Of a stretch of DNA of 50,475 nt, positions 39,161 to 47,007 are shown piece by piece. Position numbers and translations under genes: made by a program. Under the pieces are notes generated by a model that saw only the letters and a list, made by a program, of their open reading frames with translations, was not told the DNA's origin and searched no databases. Origin of the DNA: Planctomycetota bacterium (GTDB taxonomy: Bacteria; Planctomycetota; PLA2). The stretch covers positions 1-50,475 of the forward strand of contig JBCDBY010000001.1 of the NCBI GenBank assembly GCA_039182715.1, written 5' to 3'. Numbering within the stretch: the first letter of the stretch is position 1; each line of letters begins with the position of its first letter.

Positions 39161-40069
39161 GTGCCGCCCTTCGAAAACCGCTTCTCCTGGAGTTTCTCCC
39201 GCAGCCGGACCTTCGCGGACTGCCCGCGCAAGTACTGGTTCCACTACTACGGTTCGTGGGGCGGCTGGGGGTACGACGCGCCGGATCGCGCGCGCGAGCT
39301 CTACCAGCTCAAGAACATCACCGGCCTGCACCTCATCGCGGGGGACGTCGTGCACCGCGCGATCGAGCGCGCGCTGCAGGACTGGGCGCGCGGGCAGGAG
39401 CCCGACGCCGAATCGGTCGTGCAGTGGTGCAAGGCGGAGATGCAGAAGGGGTTCAAGGAGTCGCAGGACGAACTCTGGCGCGAACAGCCCAAGAAGTACA
39501 CGCGCCTCTTCGAGCACCATTACGGCCCGCCGCCGACGCGCGAACTCCTGCAGAAGATCGCGAACAAGGTCGGCACGAGCGTGCGCAACTTCTTCGAGTC
39601 GCGCAGCTACGCGATTATCCGCGAGATCGATCCGGACAAGTGGCTGCCGATGGAGACGCTCGACAGCTTTGACTTCGAGGGCACGCAGGTCTACGCCGTG
39701 CCGGACTTTGCCGCTGAGCACGACGGCGCGGTGCTCATCTTCGACTGGAAGACGGGGCGACCCGACGCGAAGAACAACGATCAGATCGTGCTCTACGCGC
39801 TCTTCGCCGCGGCCAAGTGGGGCGCCGATCCCGACAAGGTCGAGGGGGCACCGGTCTATCTGCTGACCGGCGGTGACTTCCAGCCCCAGCACGCGGCGGC
39901 GGCCGACCGCGACCGCGTCGCGAAGTTCATGCGCGAGTCGATCGCCACGATGAAGTCGTCGCTCGACGACCCCGAAAAGAACGAGGCGAGCGAAGAGAAG
40001 TTCCCCGCGACGCCCGGCTTCGCCTGCCGCTCCTGTAACTACCGCGGCGTCTGCCCCGACGCGAAATGA
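39161..40069 (+). CDS. PD-(D/E)XK nuclease family protein with Cas4/AddB-like 4-Cys cluster
   Basis: N-terminal Cys in TFADCPRKYW. Nuclease core AVPDF...LIFDWKTG (D...DxK) and QIVLYAL (QxxxY). C-terminal CRSCNYRGVC (CxxCxxxxxC). GTG 39161 (VPPFENRFSWS) is preferred. The track's ATG at 39074 would span the palindrome. Confidence 0.75.
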   Translation: MPPFENRFSWSFSRSRTFADCPRKYWFHYYGSWGGWGYDAPDRARELYQLKNITGLHLIAGDVVHRAIERALQDWARGQEPDAESVVQWCKAEMQKGFKESQDELWREQPKKYTRLFEHHYGPPPTRELLQKIANKVGTSVRNFFESRSYAIIREIDPDKWLPMETLDSFDFEGTQVYAVPDFAAEHDGAVLIFDWKTGRPDAKNNDQIVLYALFAAAKWGADPDKVEGAPVYLLTGGDFQPQHAAAADRDRVAKFMRESIATMKSSLDDPEKNEASEEKFPATPGFACRSCNYRGVCPDAK

Positions 40070-40791
40070 GAAGCGCGCTCGCCGTTCTCCTGCTCGCCGC
40101 CACGCTCGCCGCGCAGGGCGGCCGGGGCGACAGCGGCAAGGACACGCCGCTGATCCTCTTCACCCGCTCCGCGAGCACGAGCGAGAGCAAGGAGATCTAC
40201 GACTTCGCGTGGAAGGCGCTCGAACCCTACTTCGGCCGCCTGGCCCGCGAACGCCTCTACACGTTCGGCGGCGATCCCGGTCGGGCGTCCGCCTTCTTCG
40301 CCCGGCACCGCACGCCGCGCACCGTCGTCTGTTTCGACGAGGAGGCGCGAAAGTGGGCGCCCGATCCGAAGAAGACGCTGCTCGTGCAGCCGCGCGCCGA
40401 CCGCCGCGAGGTCGCGGTCACGCTGCGCCTCTTCCGTCCGCTGGCGCGCACGGTCATGGTGCTGGGCGACCCCAAGGAGAAGCTCCCGGGCTTCGAGGTC
40501 GTCGGCCGCGACAAGCCAGCCGACGTGGCGTGGGTCACCGAGGACTTCCGCGGCGACGTGCCGGCGCTCACGATCCCGCTCCTGTCCACGTCGCCGCGCC
40601 ACGATGCGGGCGTGACCGTCCGTCCGGACCCGCGCGGCGTCGGCCTGCAGCTCGCCGCGCGCATCCTGCATCCCGATCGCCCCGACCAGGTCGTGTCCCG
40701 TCACCGCGTCGTCGTCGACATCGGCCGGACGAAGGTGCGCGTGCCGCTGCGGCTGCTCGCCCGCGCGGACGTGGTGCGGAGGCCGCGGTGA
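40066..40791 (+). CDS. Secreted/periplasmic hypothetical protein (possible sensor-accessory binding protein)
   Basis: Signal peptide MRSALAVLLLAATLAAQG. 241 aa, alternating alpha/beta-like pattern, no recognisable motif. ATGA overlap with the nuclease and GTGA overlap with the kinase. Confidence 0.6.
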   Translation: MRSALAVLLLAATLAAQGGRGDSGKDTPLILFTRSASTSESKEIYDFAWKALEPYFGRLARERLYTFGGDPGRASAFFARHRTPRTVVCFDEEARKWAPDPKKTLLVQPRADRREVAVTLRLFRPLARTVMVLGDPKEKLPGFEVVGRDKPADVAWVTEDFRGDVPALTIPLLSTSPRHDAGVTVRPDPRGVGLQLAARILHPDRPDQVVSRHRVVVDIGRTKVRVPLRLLARADVVRRPR

Positions 40792-42164
40792 GCCTGCTGG
40801 CCCGCATCGCGGCCGTCGGCGGTGTGTTGCTGCTCGTCGCCATTTCCGTTGCGATCTTCGTCTGGCAGCCCGCCAGCCGCGCGGCGTTCGTGGAGCGCAC
40901 CGGCGGCCTGCTCGAGTCCACCCAGGAGAGCTACACCCGGGTGACGACCTCGCTTGTCGAGGAGACGATGAACTTCGCGGCCGACACCACGATGGCCGCG
41001 GACCGGCAGCGCGCCCTTTCGATCAAGGACCTGCCGCTCGACCTCTACGAGAACGAGGACAAGCTGCGCGAGGCGATGGTCAAGGCGGTTGCCGATCCGG
41101 AGGCGTCGACGGCGATCAAGCTCGGCGCCGTGCGTGGCGAACTCATGGAGCGGACGCGCGGCGAGGTCGAGAAGAGTGTGGACGGCCTGCGCGCCGAACA
41201 GCAGAAGGCGGCGGAGCGCCACGGCTCCGAGGTCGGCTTTCGCACCGTCGCCGCCTGGTCCGGTCTGCTGCTGCTGCTCATCGGCGCCTTCGGGCTCGTG
41301 CTCGACCGCATCGCGCTCAAGCCGCTGCACGACGCCACGAAAGCGGTCGAGCGTTTCGGCGCCGGCGAACGGGGCGTGCGCCTCGATCCGTCGGGCGCGC
41401 GGGAGATCGCGACGCTGGCGCGCGTCTTCAACGAGACCGCGGGCGCCAACGAGCAGCTGCGCGACTCGCTGGAGGAGAAGGTGCGCGAGCGGACGGCGGC
41501 GCTGGTGCGGGCGGCGCGCGCGTCCACCGCGGGCACCATGGCCGGCGGCGTCGCGCACGAGTTCAACAACCTGCTGGGCGGCATTCTCGGCTGCGCCGAC
41601 GAGGCGCTCGACGAGGATCTGAGCGACGACGCGCGCGCGCTGCTGGCGATGATCCGCAAGACGGCGCAGCGCGGCGTCGGCATGACGCAGACGATGCTCG
41701 GCGCCACGCGGGCCGACCCGCACTTCGAGATGGTGGAGCCGGACGCGCTGATCGACGAGGCGCTGGCGGAGGTCCGTCCGCCCGACGGCATCGAGGTCCG
41801 GCACGTCCGCGACCCCGCGATTCAGGTGCCGGCCGACGCGACCATGCTGCGCCAGGTGCTCGCCAACCTGATCCGCAACGCCGTCACCGCCAGGGGAGAA
41901 GACGGTCGGCTCGAACTCGCCGTCGCGCGCGAGGGCGAGCAGGTGACGATCCTCGTGGGGGACGACGGCCCCGGCATCGATTCCTCGATTCGGGATGTGC
42001 TGTTCGAGCCCTTTGTCACCACGCGACGCGGCGGGCGCGAGGGCGCGGGACTCGGCCTGTTCCTCGTCGAGCGGCTGGTGTCGGCGCACGACGGCACCGT
42101 CGAAGTCGAATCCGGAGACGGCACCCGCTTCACGGTTCGCTTGCCTTCGGCACGCGATTCGTAA
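40788..42164 (+). CDS. Sensor histidine kinase (TM-periplasmic-TM-HAMP-HisKA-HATPase)
   Basis: TM IAAVGGVLLLVAISVAIFVW and AAWSGLLLLLIGAFGLVL. HAMP region, H-box GVAHEFNNLLGGILG, N-box NLIRNAVTA, DDGPGI, GAGLGLFLVERLV. It is the tail of track ORF 40209..42164. Confidence 0.88.
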   Translation: MSLLARIAAVGGVLLLVAISVAIFVWQPASRAAFVERTGGLLESTQESYTRVTTSLVEETMNFAADTTMAADRQRALSIKDLPLDLYENEDKLREAMVKAVADPEASTAIKLGAVRGELMERTRGEVEKSVDGLRAEQQKAAERHGSEVGFRTVAAWSGLLLLLIGAFGLVLDRIALKPLHDATKAVERFGAGERGVRLDPSGAREIATLARVFNETAGANEQLRDSLEEKVRERTAALVRAARASTAGTMAGGVAHEFNNLLGGILGCADEALDEDLSDDARALLAMIRKTAQRGVGMTQTMLGATRADPHFEMVEPDALIDEALAEVRPPDGIEVRHVRDPAIQVPADATMLRQVLANLIRNAVTARGEDGRLELAVAREGEQVTILVGDDGPGIDSSIRDVLFEPFVTTRRGGREGAGLGLFLVERLVSAHDGTVEVESGDGTRFTVRLPSARDS

Positions 42165-42174
42165 TGCCGGGGGT

Positions 42175-42795
42175 GTGACGGAAACGACTCCCTTGCGTGT
42201 CCTCGTCGTCGACGACGAGGAGAGCGTGCGCTTCTTTCTCCGCCGCGGCCTGACCAAGACCGGCTATCACGTGGACGAAGCGTCGAGCGGCCAGGAGGCG
42301 ATCGAGAAACTCGGCGCCTTGCCGTACGACGTGGTCCTCACCGATCTCGTGATGCCGGAAGTGGGCGGGCTCGACGTGATGGCGGCCGTGCAGGAGATGG
42401 ACGCCAGCGCCGTCGTGATCCTGATGACCGCGCACGGCAGCGTGGACAACGCGATCGACGCGCTGCGTTTGGGCGCGACGGACTATCTGGCGAAGCCGTT
42501 CGAGCTCAAGGAGCTGCTCGTCACGGTCGAACGCGGCCTCGAGCGACGCACCATGGAGCGCGAGAACCGCAAGCTGCGCTTCCTCGTGAACAAGGCCGAC
42601 GAGAAGCCGGAGGAGGAGGCCGAAGGCCTCGCCGCCGCGCGTCGCGACTGGGAGAAGCGCTACATCGCCGATCTGCTGCGGCAAACGCGCGGCAACGTCA
42701 CCAAGGCAGCGGAGCTGGCGCGCATCAGCCGCCCGAACCTGCACAAGAAGATGAAACAACTGGGTCTTGCGGCCGCGGACTTCAAGCGCGGCTGA
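42175..42795 (+). CDS. Response regulator, REC + Fis-type HTH without a sigma54 AAA+ module
   Basis: LRVLVVDDEESV, DVVLTDLVMPEVGG, YLAKPF. C-terminal WEKRYIADLLRQTRGNVTKAAELARISRPNLHKKMKQLGL. GTG at 42175, 10 nt after the kinase stop. Confidence 0.85.
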   Translation: MTETTPLRVLVVDDEESVRFFLRRGLTKTGYHVDEASSGQEAIEKLGALPYDVVLTDLVMPEVGGLDVMAAVQEMDASAVVILMTAHGSVDNAIDALRLGATDYLAKPFELKELLVTVERGLERRTMERENRKLRFLVNKADEKPEEEAEGLAAARRDWEKRYIADLLRQTRGNVTKAAELARISRPNLHKKMKQLGLAAADFKRG

Positions 42796-42842
42796 TCCGT
42801 CCACAGCGATCCCCCGAATCGCGTATCAAAAGGGCAACACAC

Positions 42843-43964
42843 ATGACACGACCGCGTAACACCTGTGCGTGGCTTCTCACACTCCTGTTGACGTTCCCGG
42901 TCGCCGCCGAAGAGGTGGTGCACGTCTACGTCTCGCTCGACCAGGAGCATTCCGAATCGGTGCTCGCGGAGTTCGAGAAGGAGACCGGGATCAAGGTCGA
43001 GGCGACCTACGACACCGAGGCGAACAAGACCGTCGGTCTCATGCGCCGGCTGATCCAGGAGAAGGACGATCCGGTCGCCGACGTCTGGTGGAACAACGAG
43101 ATCGCGACGACGGTCAAGCTCAAGAACCACGGCGTGCTGCAGCCGTACGACGTGCCGTCGGCGAAGGACATCCCCGCGGAGTTCCGCGACCCGGAGGGCT
43201 ACTGGATCGGCTTCGCCGCCCGCGCCCGCGTGCTCATCGTCAACACGGATCTCGTGAAGCGGGAGGACTGGCCGCGCTCCATGTGGGATCTCACCGATCC
43301 GAAGTGGCGCGGCCAGACCGTCATGGCGCGTCCGGAGACCGGCACGACCGCCGCGCACAATGCCGCGCTGTATGTCGCCGACGAGGCGAAGGCCAACGAG
43401 TACTTCGACAAGCTCATCGCGAACGACGTCGTCTGGCTGACCGGCAACGCGCACGTCATGAAGCAGGTCTCGGCGGGCCGCTACGCATTCGGCTGGACGG
43501 ACACCGACGACTTCAACGTGGCGCGCATCCAGGGGCAGCCGGTCAAGATGATCTACCCCGATTCGGGCGACGGCGAGGTGGGCGTGCTCTACATCCCGAA
43601 CACGCTCGTGCTCGTCAAGGACGCGCCGCGCCCCGAGGCGGGCAAGAAGCTCATCGACTGGCTGCTGCGCCGCGAGATCGAGGAGAAGCTCGCTTTCTCC
43701 GCCACGGCGCAGATCCCCGTGCGCCGCGGCGTGAAGGTGCCGGAGCACGTCAAGCGTCCCGACCAGATCGGCGCGATCATGCCGGTCGACTGGGAGCGCG
43801 TGGGCCGCGAATGGGACCGCTGGGTCGACCATACCCGCGCGAAACTCGACGCGGCGGGCGCGGACGAGGCGGAGTCGACGCTGAGCTGGCTGCTGGTCGG
43901 CGTGGGGGTGGTGATCCTAATTGGGGTGGTGCTCTTGAAAAGAGCCACCGGAGAGCCGACGTAG
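42843..43964 (+). CDS. Family-1 periplasmic solute-binding protein (Fe3+/AfuA-FbpA-like) with C-terminal TM anchor
   Basis: Signal peptide plus VVHVYVSLDQEHSESVLAEFEKETGIKVEATYD...VADVWWNNE...GYWIGFAARARVLIVN. The C-terminus is LSWLLVGVGVVILIGVVLLKRATGEPT. No permease or ATPase genes are adjacent. Confidence 0.7.
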   Translation: MTRPRNTCAWLLTLLLTFPVAAEEVVHVYVSLDQEHSESVLAEFEKETGIKVEATYDTEANKTVGLMRRLIQEKDDPVADVWWNNEIATTVKLKNHGVLQPYDVPSAKDIPAEFRDPEGYWIGFAARARVLIVNTDLVKREDWPRSMWDLTDPKWRGQTVMARPETGTTAAHNAALYVADEAKANEYFDKLIANDVVWLTGNAHVMKQVSAGRYAFGWTDTDDFNVARIQGQPVKMIYPDSGDGEVGVLYIPNTLVLVKDAPRPEAGKKLIDWLLRREIEEKLAFSATAQIPVRRGVKVPEHVKRPDQIGAIMPVDWERVGREWDRWVDHTRAKLDAAGADEAESTLSWLLVGVGVVILIGVVLLKRATGEPT

Positions 43965-43983
43965 TAATATGCGTCGCCTCGCT

Positions 43984-44060
43984 GACCCCTTCGTCTAGCT
44001 GGCCTAGGACACGGCCCTTTCAAGGCCGCGACACGGGTTCGAATCCCGTAGGGGTCGCCA
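43984..44060 (+). tRNA. tRNA-Glu (anticodon UUC)
   Basis: GACCCCT/AGGGGTC acceptor, GTCTAGCTGGCCTAGGAC D-arm, CGGCC-CTTTCAA-GGCCG anticodon arm (TTC), ACGGG-TTCGAAT-CCCGT T-arm, G discriminator and encoded CCA. Near-identical architecture to E. coli tRNA-Glu. Confidence 0.95.
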
Positions 44061-44065
44061 CTCAA

Positions 44066-44098
44066 GCCCGCCGGAAGTCGCATCCGGCGGGCTTTTTT
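44066..44098 (+). terminator. Rho-independent terminator of the tRNA-Glu / upstream operon
   Basis: GCCCGCCGGA-agtcgca-TCCGGCGGGC followed by TTTTTT. Confidence 0.9.
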
Positions 44099-44112
44099 CG
44101 TCGTCCAATGGA

Positions 44113-45420
44113 ATGATGCACGCCATGCGCTGGGCCGCTCTCGCCATTCTTGCGGTCGCCGCGCTGCTGGTCTGGATCGGACGCGATTTCGGTGATCGCG
44201 CCGGCCGGCGGGACGAGGTTGCGGAGCGCGAAACGCCCCAGCGGGCGGAGGCCACCGAGGCGAACAAGCCGGAGCCGCCGCCTCCGCCGGTCGCCCCGGA
44301 CGCGCCCAACGAGCAGGAAGCCACGCGGCCGGCCGTCGAAGGACTGCTCCGGGGCCTCGACGTCGGTTCCGTCGCCGCCGTGCCGTGGGAGAAGTGGATC
44401 GAGGCGTCGCAAGGCGGCCGCGTGCCGTCCCACGAGGAGTTGAAGCGTTGGGCGGTGGACGTCGTCACCGCGTCCCCGGCGTTTCGCATCGAGCTGGAGC
44501 AGGGGCGCGCATTCGCGCTCTTCTACGCCGGCCCCACGCCATGGGAGACCCGCGACCCGCCCCGCGTGCGTGCCGGCGATCGCGGCGTGGTGGTTCCGGT
44601 GGCGCCGCCGCGCGGCAAGTGGTGGGAAGTCCTCGACATCGAATCCGGCAAGCCGATTCCCACCGTCACCGCGCGTCTGGTGGGGCGCGCCGGCGTACCG
44701 ACGCAGAGCGGCCCGGGCGCGGGTCTGCGCATCGAGTTCGACTGGCCGGGCAAGGCGGAGGGAAAGAAGGCCGCGCTGCAGCTCTCTGCGCCCGGCTACC
44801 TGTCGTTGCAAACGACGATCGACAAGCGTCCGGGCAAGGCGCGCGTTCATCTGCTGCGGTCCGACGCACTGCAGCTCGCGATCGTCGTGCGGAGCGCGAG
44901 TGCGGCCACGTTCGGCGTGCACGCGCAGCTCTTCCTGTCGCGCGTTTCGCCCGAACCCTCGCCGAACTTCCGGGCGCCGATCCTCGAACGGGCGGACGGG
45001 CGCGTCGTCGTGGCCGTCCCCGAAGGACGTTGGTCGCTGGAGCCGTTCGGGTACGTCGACTACTCCGTTTCCCAGCAGGTCCTGACGTTCTCGTTCGCGC
45101 GCGCCGGCACGCGCACGCTGACGCTCGATCTTCCCGCGCTGGCCACGATCCAATGGCGCGCCGACGACGTGCGCTATCCCTACCTGGGGCTGCGTCACGC
45201 GCCGCTCATCTGGTCGCGACTGGGCGCCGACCACTTCGCCCTGCGGCCGGCGAAGGACCAGGAGCCCCGCGGCAACATGCTGCCGCTCACGCCGCAGCGC
45301 CGCACTCGCATTTTCGCGCTCCCGGGGCAGGTCGAGTGGCAGCGCATGGACGACGCCGAAAAACGCATCCGCAAGATCGAGCCGAAACCCGGCGACACGA
45401 TCGAGATCGATCTGAAGTAG
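44113..45420 (+). CDS. Membrane-anchored hypothetical protein, tandem paralog 1
   Basis: Anchor MRWAALAILAVAALLVW. The true start may be ATG 44116 or 44125, by analogy with paralog 2. Blocks shared with paralog 2: WEKWIEASQGGRVPSHEELK, TRDPPRVRAGD, LSAPGY, APILER.D..VV.AVPEG.W, KIEPKPGDTIEI. Confidence 0.6.
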   Translation: MMHAMRWAALAILAVAALLVWIGRDFGDRAGRRDEVAERETPQRAEATEANKPEPPPPPVAPDAPNEQEATRPAVEGLLRGLDVGSVAAVPWEKWIEASQGGRVPSHEELKRWAVDVVTASPAFRIELEQGRAFALFYAGPTPWETRDPPRVRAGDRGVVVPVAPPRGKWWEVLDIESGKPIPTVTARLVGRAGVPTQSGPGAGLRIEFDWPGKAEGKKAALQLSAPGYLSLQTTIDKRPGKARVHLLRSDALQLAIVVRSASAATFGVHAQLFLSRVSPEPSPNFRAPILERADGRVVVAVPEGRWSLEPFGYVDYSVSQQVLTFSFARAGTRTLTLDLPALATIQWRADDVRYPYLGLRHAPLIWSRLGADHFALRPAKDQEPRGNMLPLTPQRRTRIFALPGQVEWQRMDDAEKRIRKIEPKPGDTIEIDLK

Positions 45421-45456
45421 TCGACACCGTTCGCCGTCCGGGGCGATGATGGGGCG

Positions 45457-47007
45457 ATGCGTTGGGTGTTTCTCGCCCTCGTCGCCGTGGTGGGGCTCTT
45501 GCTCTGGATCGCCCTCGATCCGGGCGCGCGTGCCGACCGGCGCGATCGCCTGCCGGAGCAGACGGCCTCGGTATGGGAATCCGAACCGCCGACGCCGAAG
45601 CCGGTGGAAATCGAGCCGGTGACCCGCGAAGGCGCCACCATCCTCGAAGGGGTCGTCCGCGGCCCCACCGGTCCGATCGCGCGCGCGACCGTGCGTGTGT
45701 ATGCGCGGGGCCAGCGCGTCGCGTTCGACGAAACGGCGACGGACGACGCGGGGCGCTACCGCTTCGACCTCGCGCTCGACGGCGCGTCCGAGGAGCTCGA
45801 CGTCGAGGCCATTCCCGCGTTCCAGCCCGGACTCGTCGCCCAGCGACTGGCGAACCGTCAAGTTCGCGCGCGTCGGACGCAGTCCCTCGACATCACGCTC
45901 GAGGAGGGGCCCGGCATCCGCGGGCGACTCGAAAACCTCGGCGAGAGCATGGTCGGCGCGGTCGCCTGGGAACGCTGGCTCAACGCGACGCGGGGGGGCC
46001 GGATGCCGAGCCCCAAGGAGCTGCGCAATCTCGCGACGGCCGAGGCGAGGGCGCGACCGGAGTTTCGGTTCGGAGCCCTGCCCGACTGGAGCTACGCGAT
46101 CGTCTACATCGGCGACGGGGACTACGTCACGCGCGACCCCCCGCGCGTGCGACCGGGGGACGCCGACGTGCGCGTCACCGTCGAGCGGCCGTCGGGGCAC
46201 TGGATCGAAGCGCGCGACGTCGAGACCGAACGGCCGCTGTCGGTCGTGACAATCCGGCTGCACGATGCCGGCGCCGGGGCCGAGCAGACGGGACCGGGTT
46301 CCGGCTTCGGGTCGCCGGCGCTCTGGGAATGGACGAAGCGGAGGGGTATCGCGACGGTCCGGGTCAGCGCGCCCGGCTACTTCCCCGCGATCGTCCGCGT
46401 GCCCCGCGCGCAACGCAACGTTACGACGCGACTGCTGCGCGAGGACGCGTCCCTGCTGCGCGTGCAGGCATCCGGGGACGGCGCCCAGCGCTTCAAGGAG
46501 GCCGGCGAGCTCACGCTGCAGCCGCTGGCACGGGTGACGATCCACAGTACGCCGCCGTTCGCCGCTCCCATCCTCGAGCGGGGCGACGACCTCGTCGTGT
46601 TCGCCGTGCCGGAGGGCCTGTGGGCCGTGGAGGTCGCCGGCCTATCGAGCTACCGCGCGACCCGCGACATGCTGCAGCTCAGCTCTCCGCGCACGGGCAG
46701 TCGGGATCTCCGACTCGAGCTGCCGGGCTTGGCCCGTCTCGACCTCGAGGGCGCACCCGCACGCGGAAGCTTCGTGACGGTGAGTCAGGTTCCGTACGGC
46801 TGGGTCACGTTGTCCGAGCGAAGCCACGCGCTCCGTCCCCGCCCGAATGCGAAACCCCGCTTGCACTTCGTGCCGGGCCGGGGCCATGTGGACATGCTGG
46901 CCGCCCCCGCCCTGGTCGAGTGGATGTACATCAAGGAGAAGAAGGAGCGACGGGCGCGGGAGATCGACCCCAAGCCGGGCGACACGATCAAGTTGTCGTT
47001 CGAATAG
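45457..47007 (+). CDS. Membrane-anchored hypothetical protein, tandem paralog 2, with extra CarboxypepD_reg-like insert
   Basis: MRWVFLALVAVVGLLLW. ILEGVVRGPTGPIARATVRVYARGQRVAFDETATDDAGRYRFDL (carboxypeptidase-regulatory-like beta sandwich). WERWLNATRGGRMPSPKELR, TRDPPRVRPGD, VSAPGY, EIDPKPGDTIKL. Confidence 0.6.
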   Translation: MRWVFLALVAVVGLLLWIALDPGARADRRDRLPEQTASVWESEPPTPKPVEIEPVTREGATILEGVVRGPTGPIARATVRVYARGQRVAFDETATDDAGRYRFDLALDGASEELDVEAIPAFQPGLVAQRLANRQVRARRTQSLDITLEEGPGIRGRLENLGESMVGAVAWERWLNATRGGRMPSPKELRNLATAEARARPEFRFGALPDWSYAIVYIGDGDYVTRDPPRVRPGDADVRVTVERPSGHWIEARDVETERPLSVVTIRLHDAGAGAEQTGPGSGFGSPALWEWTKRRGIATVRVSAPGYFPAIVRVPRAQRNVTTRLLREDASLLRVQASGDGAQRFKEAGELTLQPLARVTIHSTPPFAAPILERGDDLVVFAVPEGLWAVEVAGLSSYRATRDMLQLSSPRTGSRDLRLELPGLARLDLEGAPARGSFVTVSQVPYGWVTLSERSHALRPRPNAKPRLHFVPGRGHVDMLAAPALVEWMYIKEKKERRAREIDPKPGDTIKLSFE

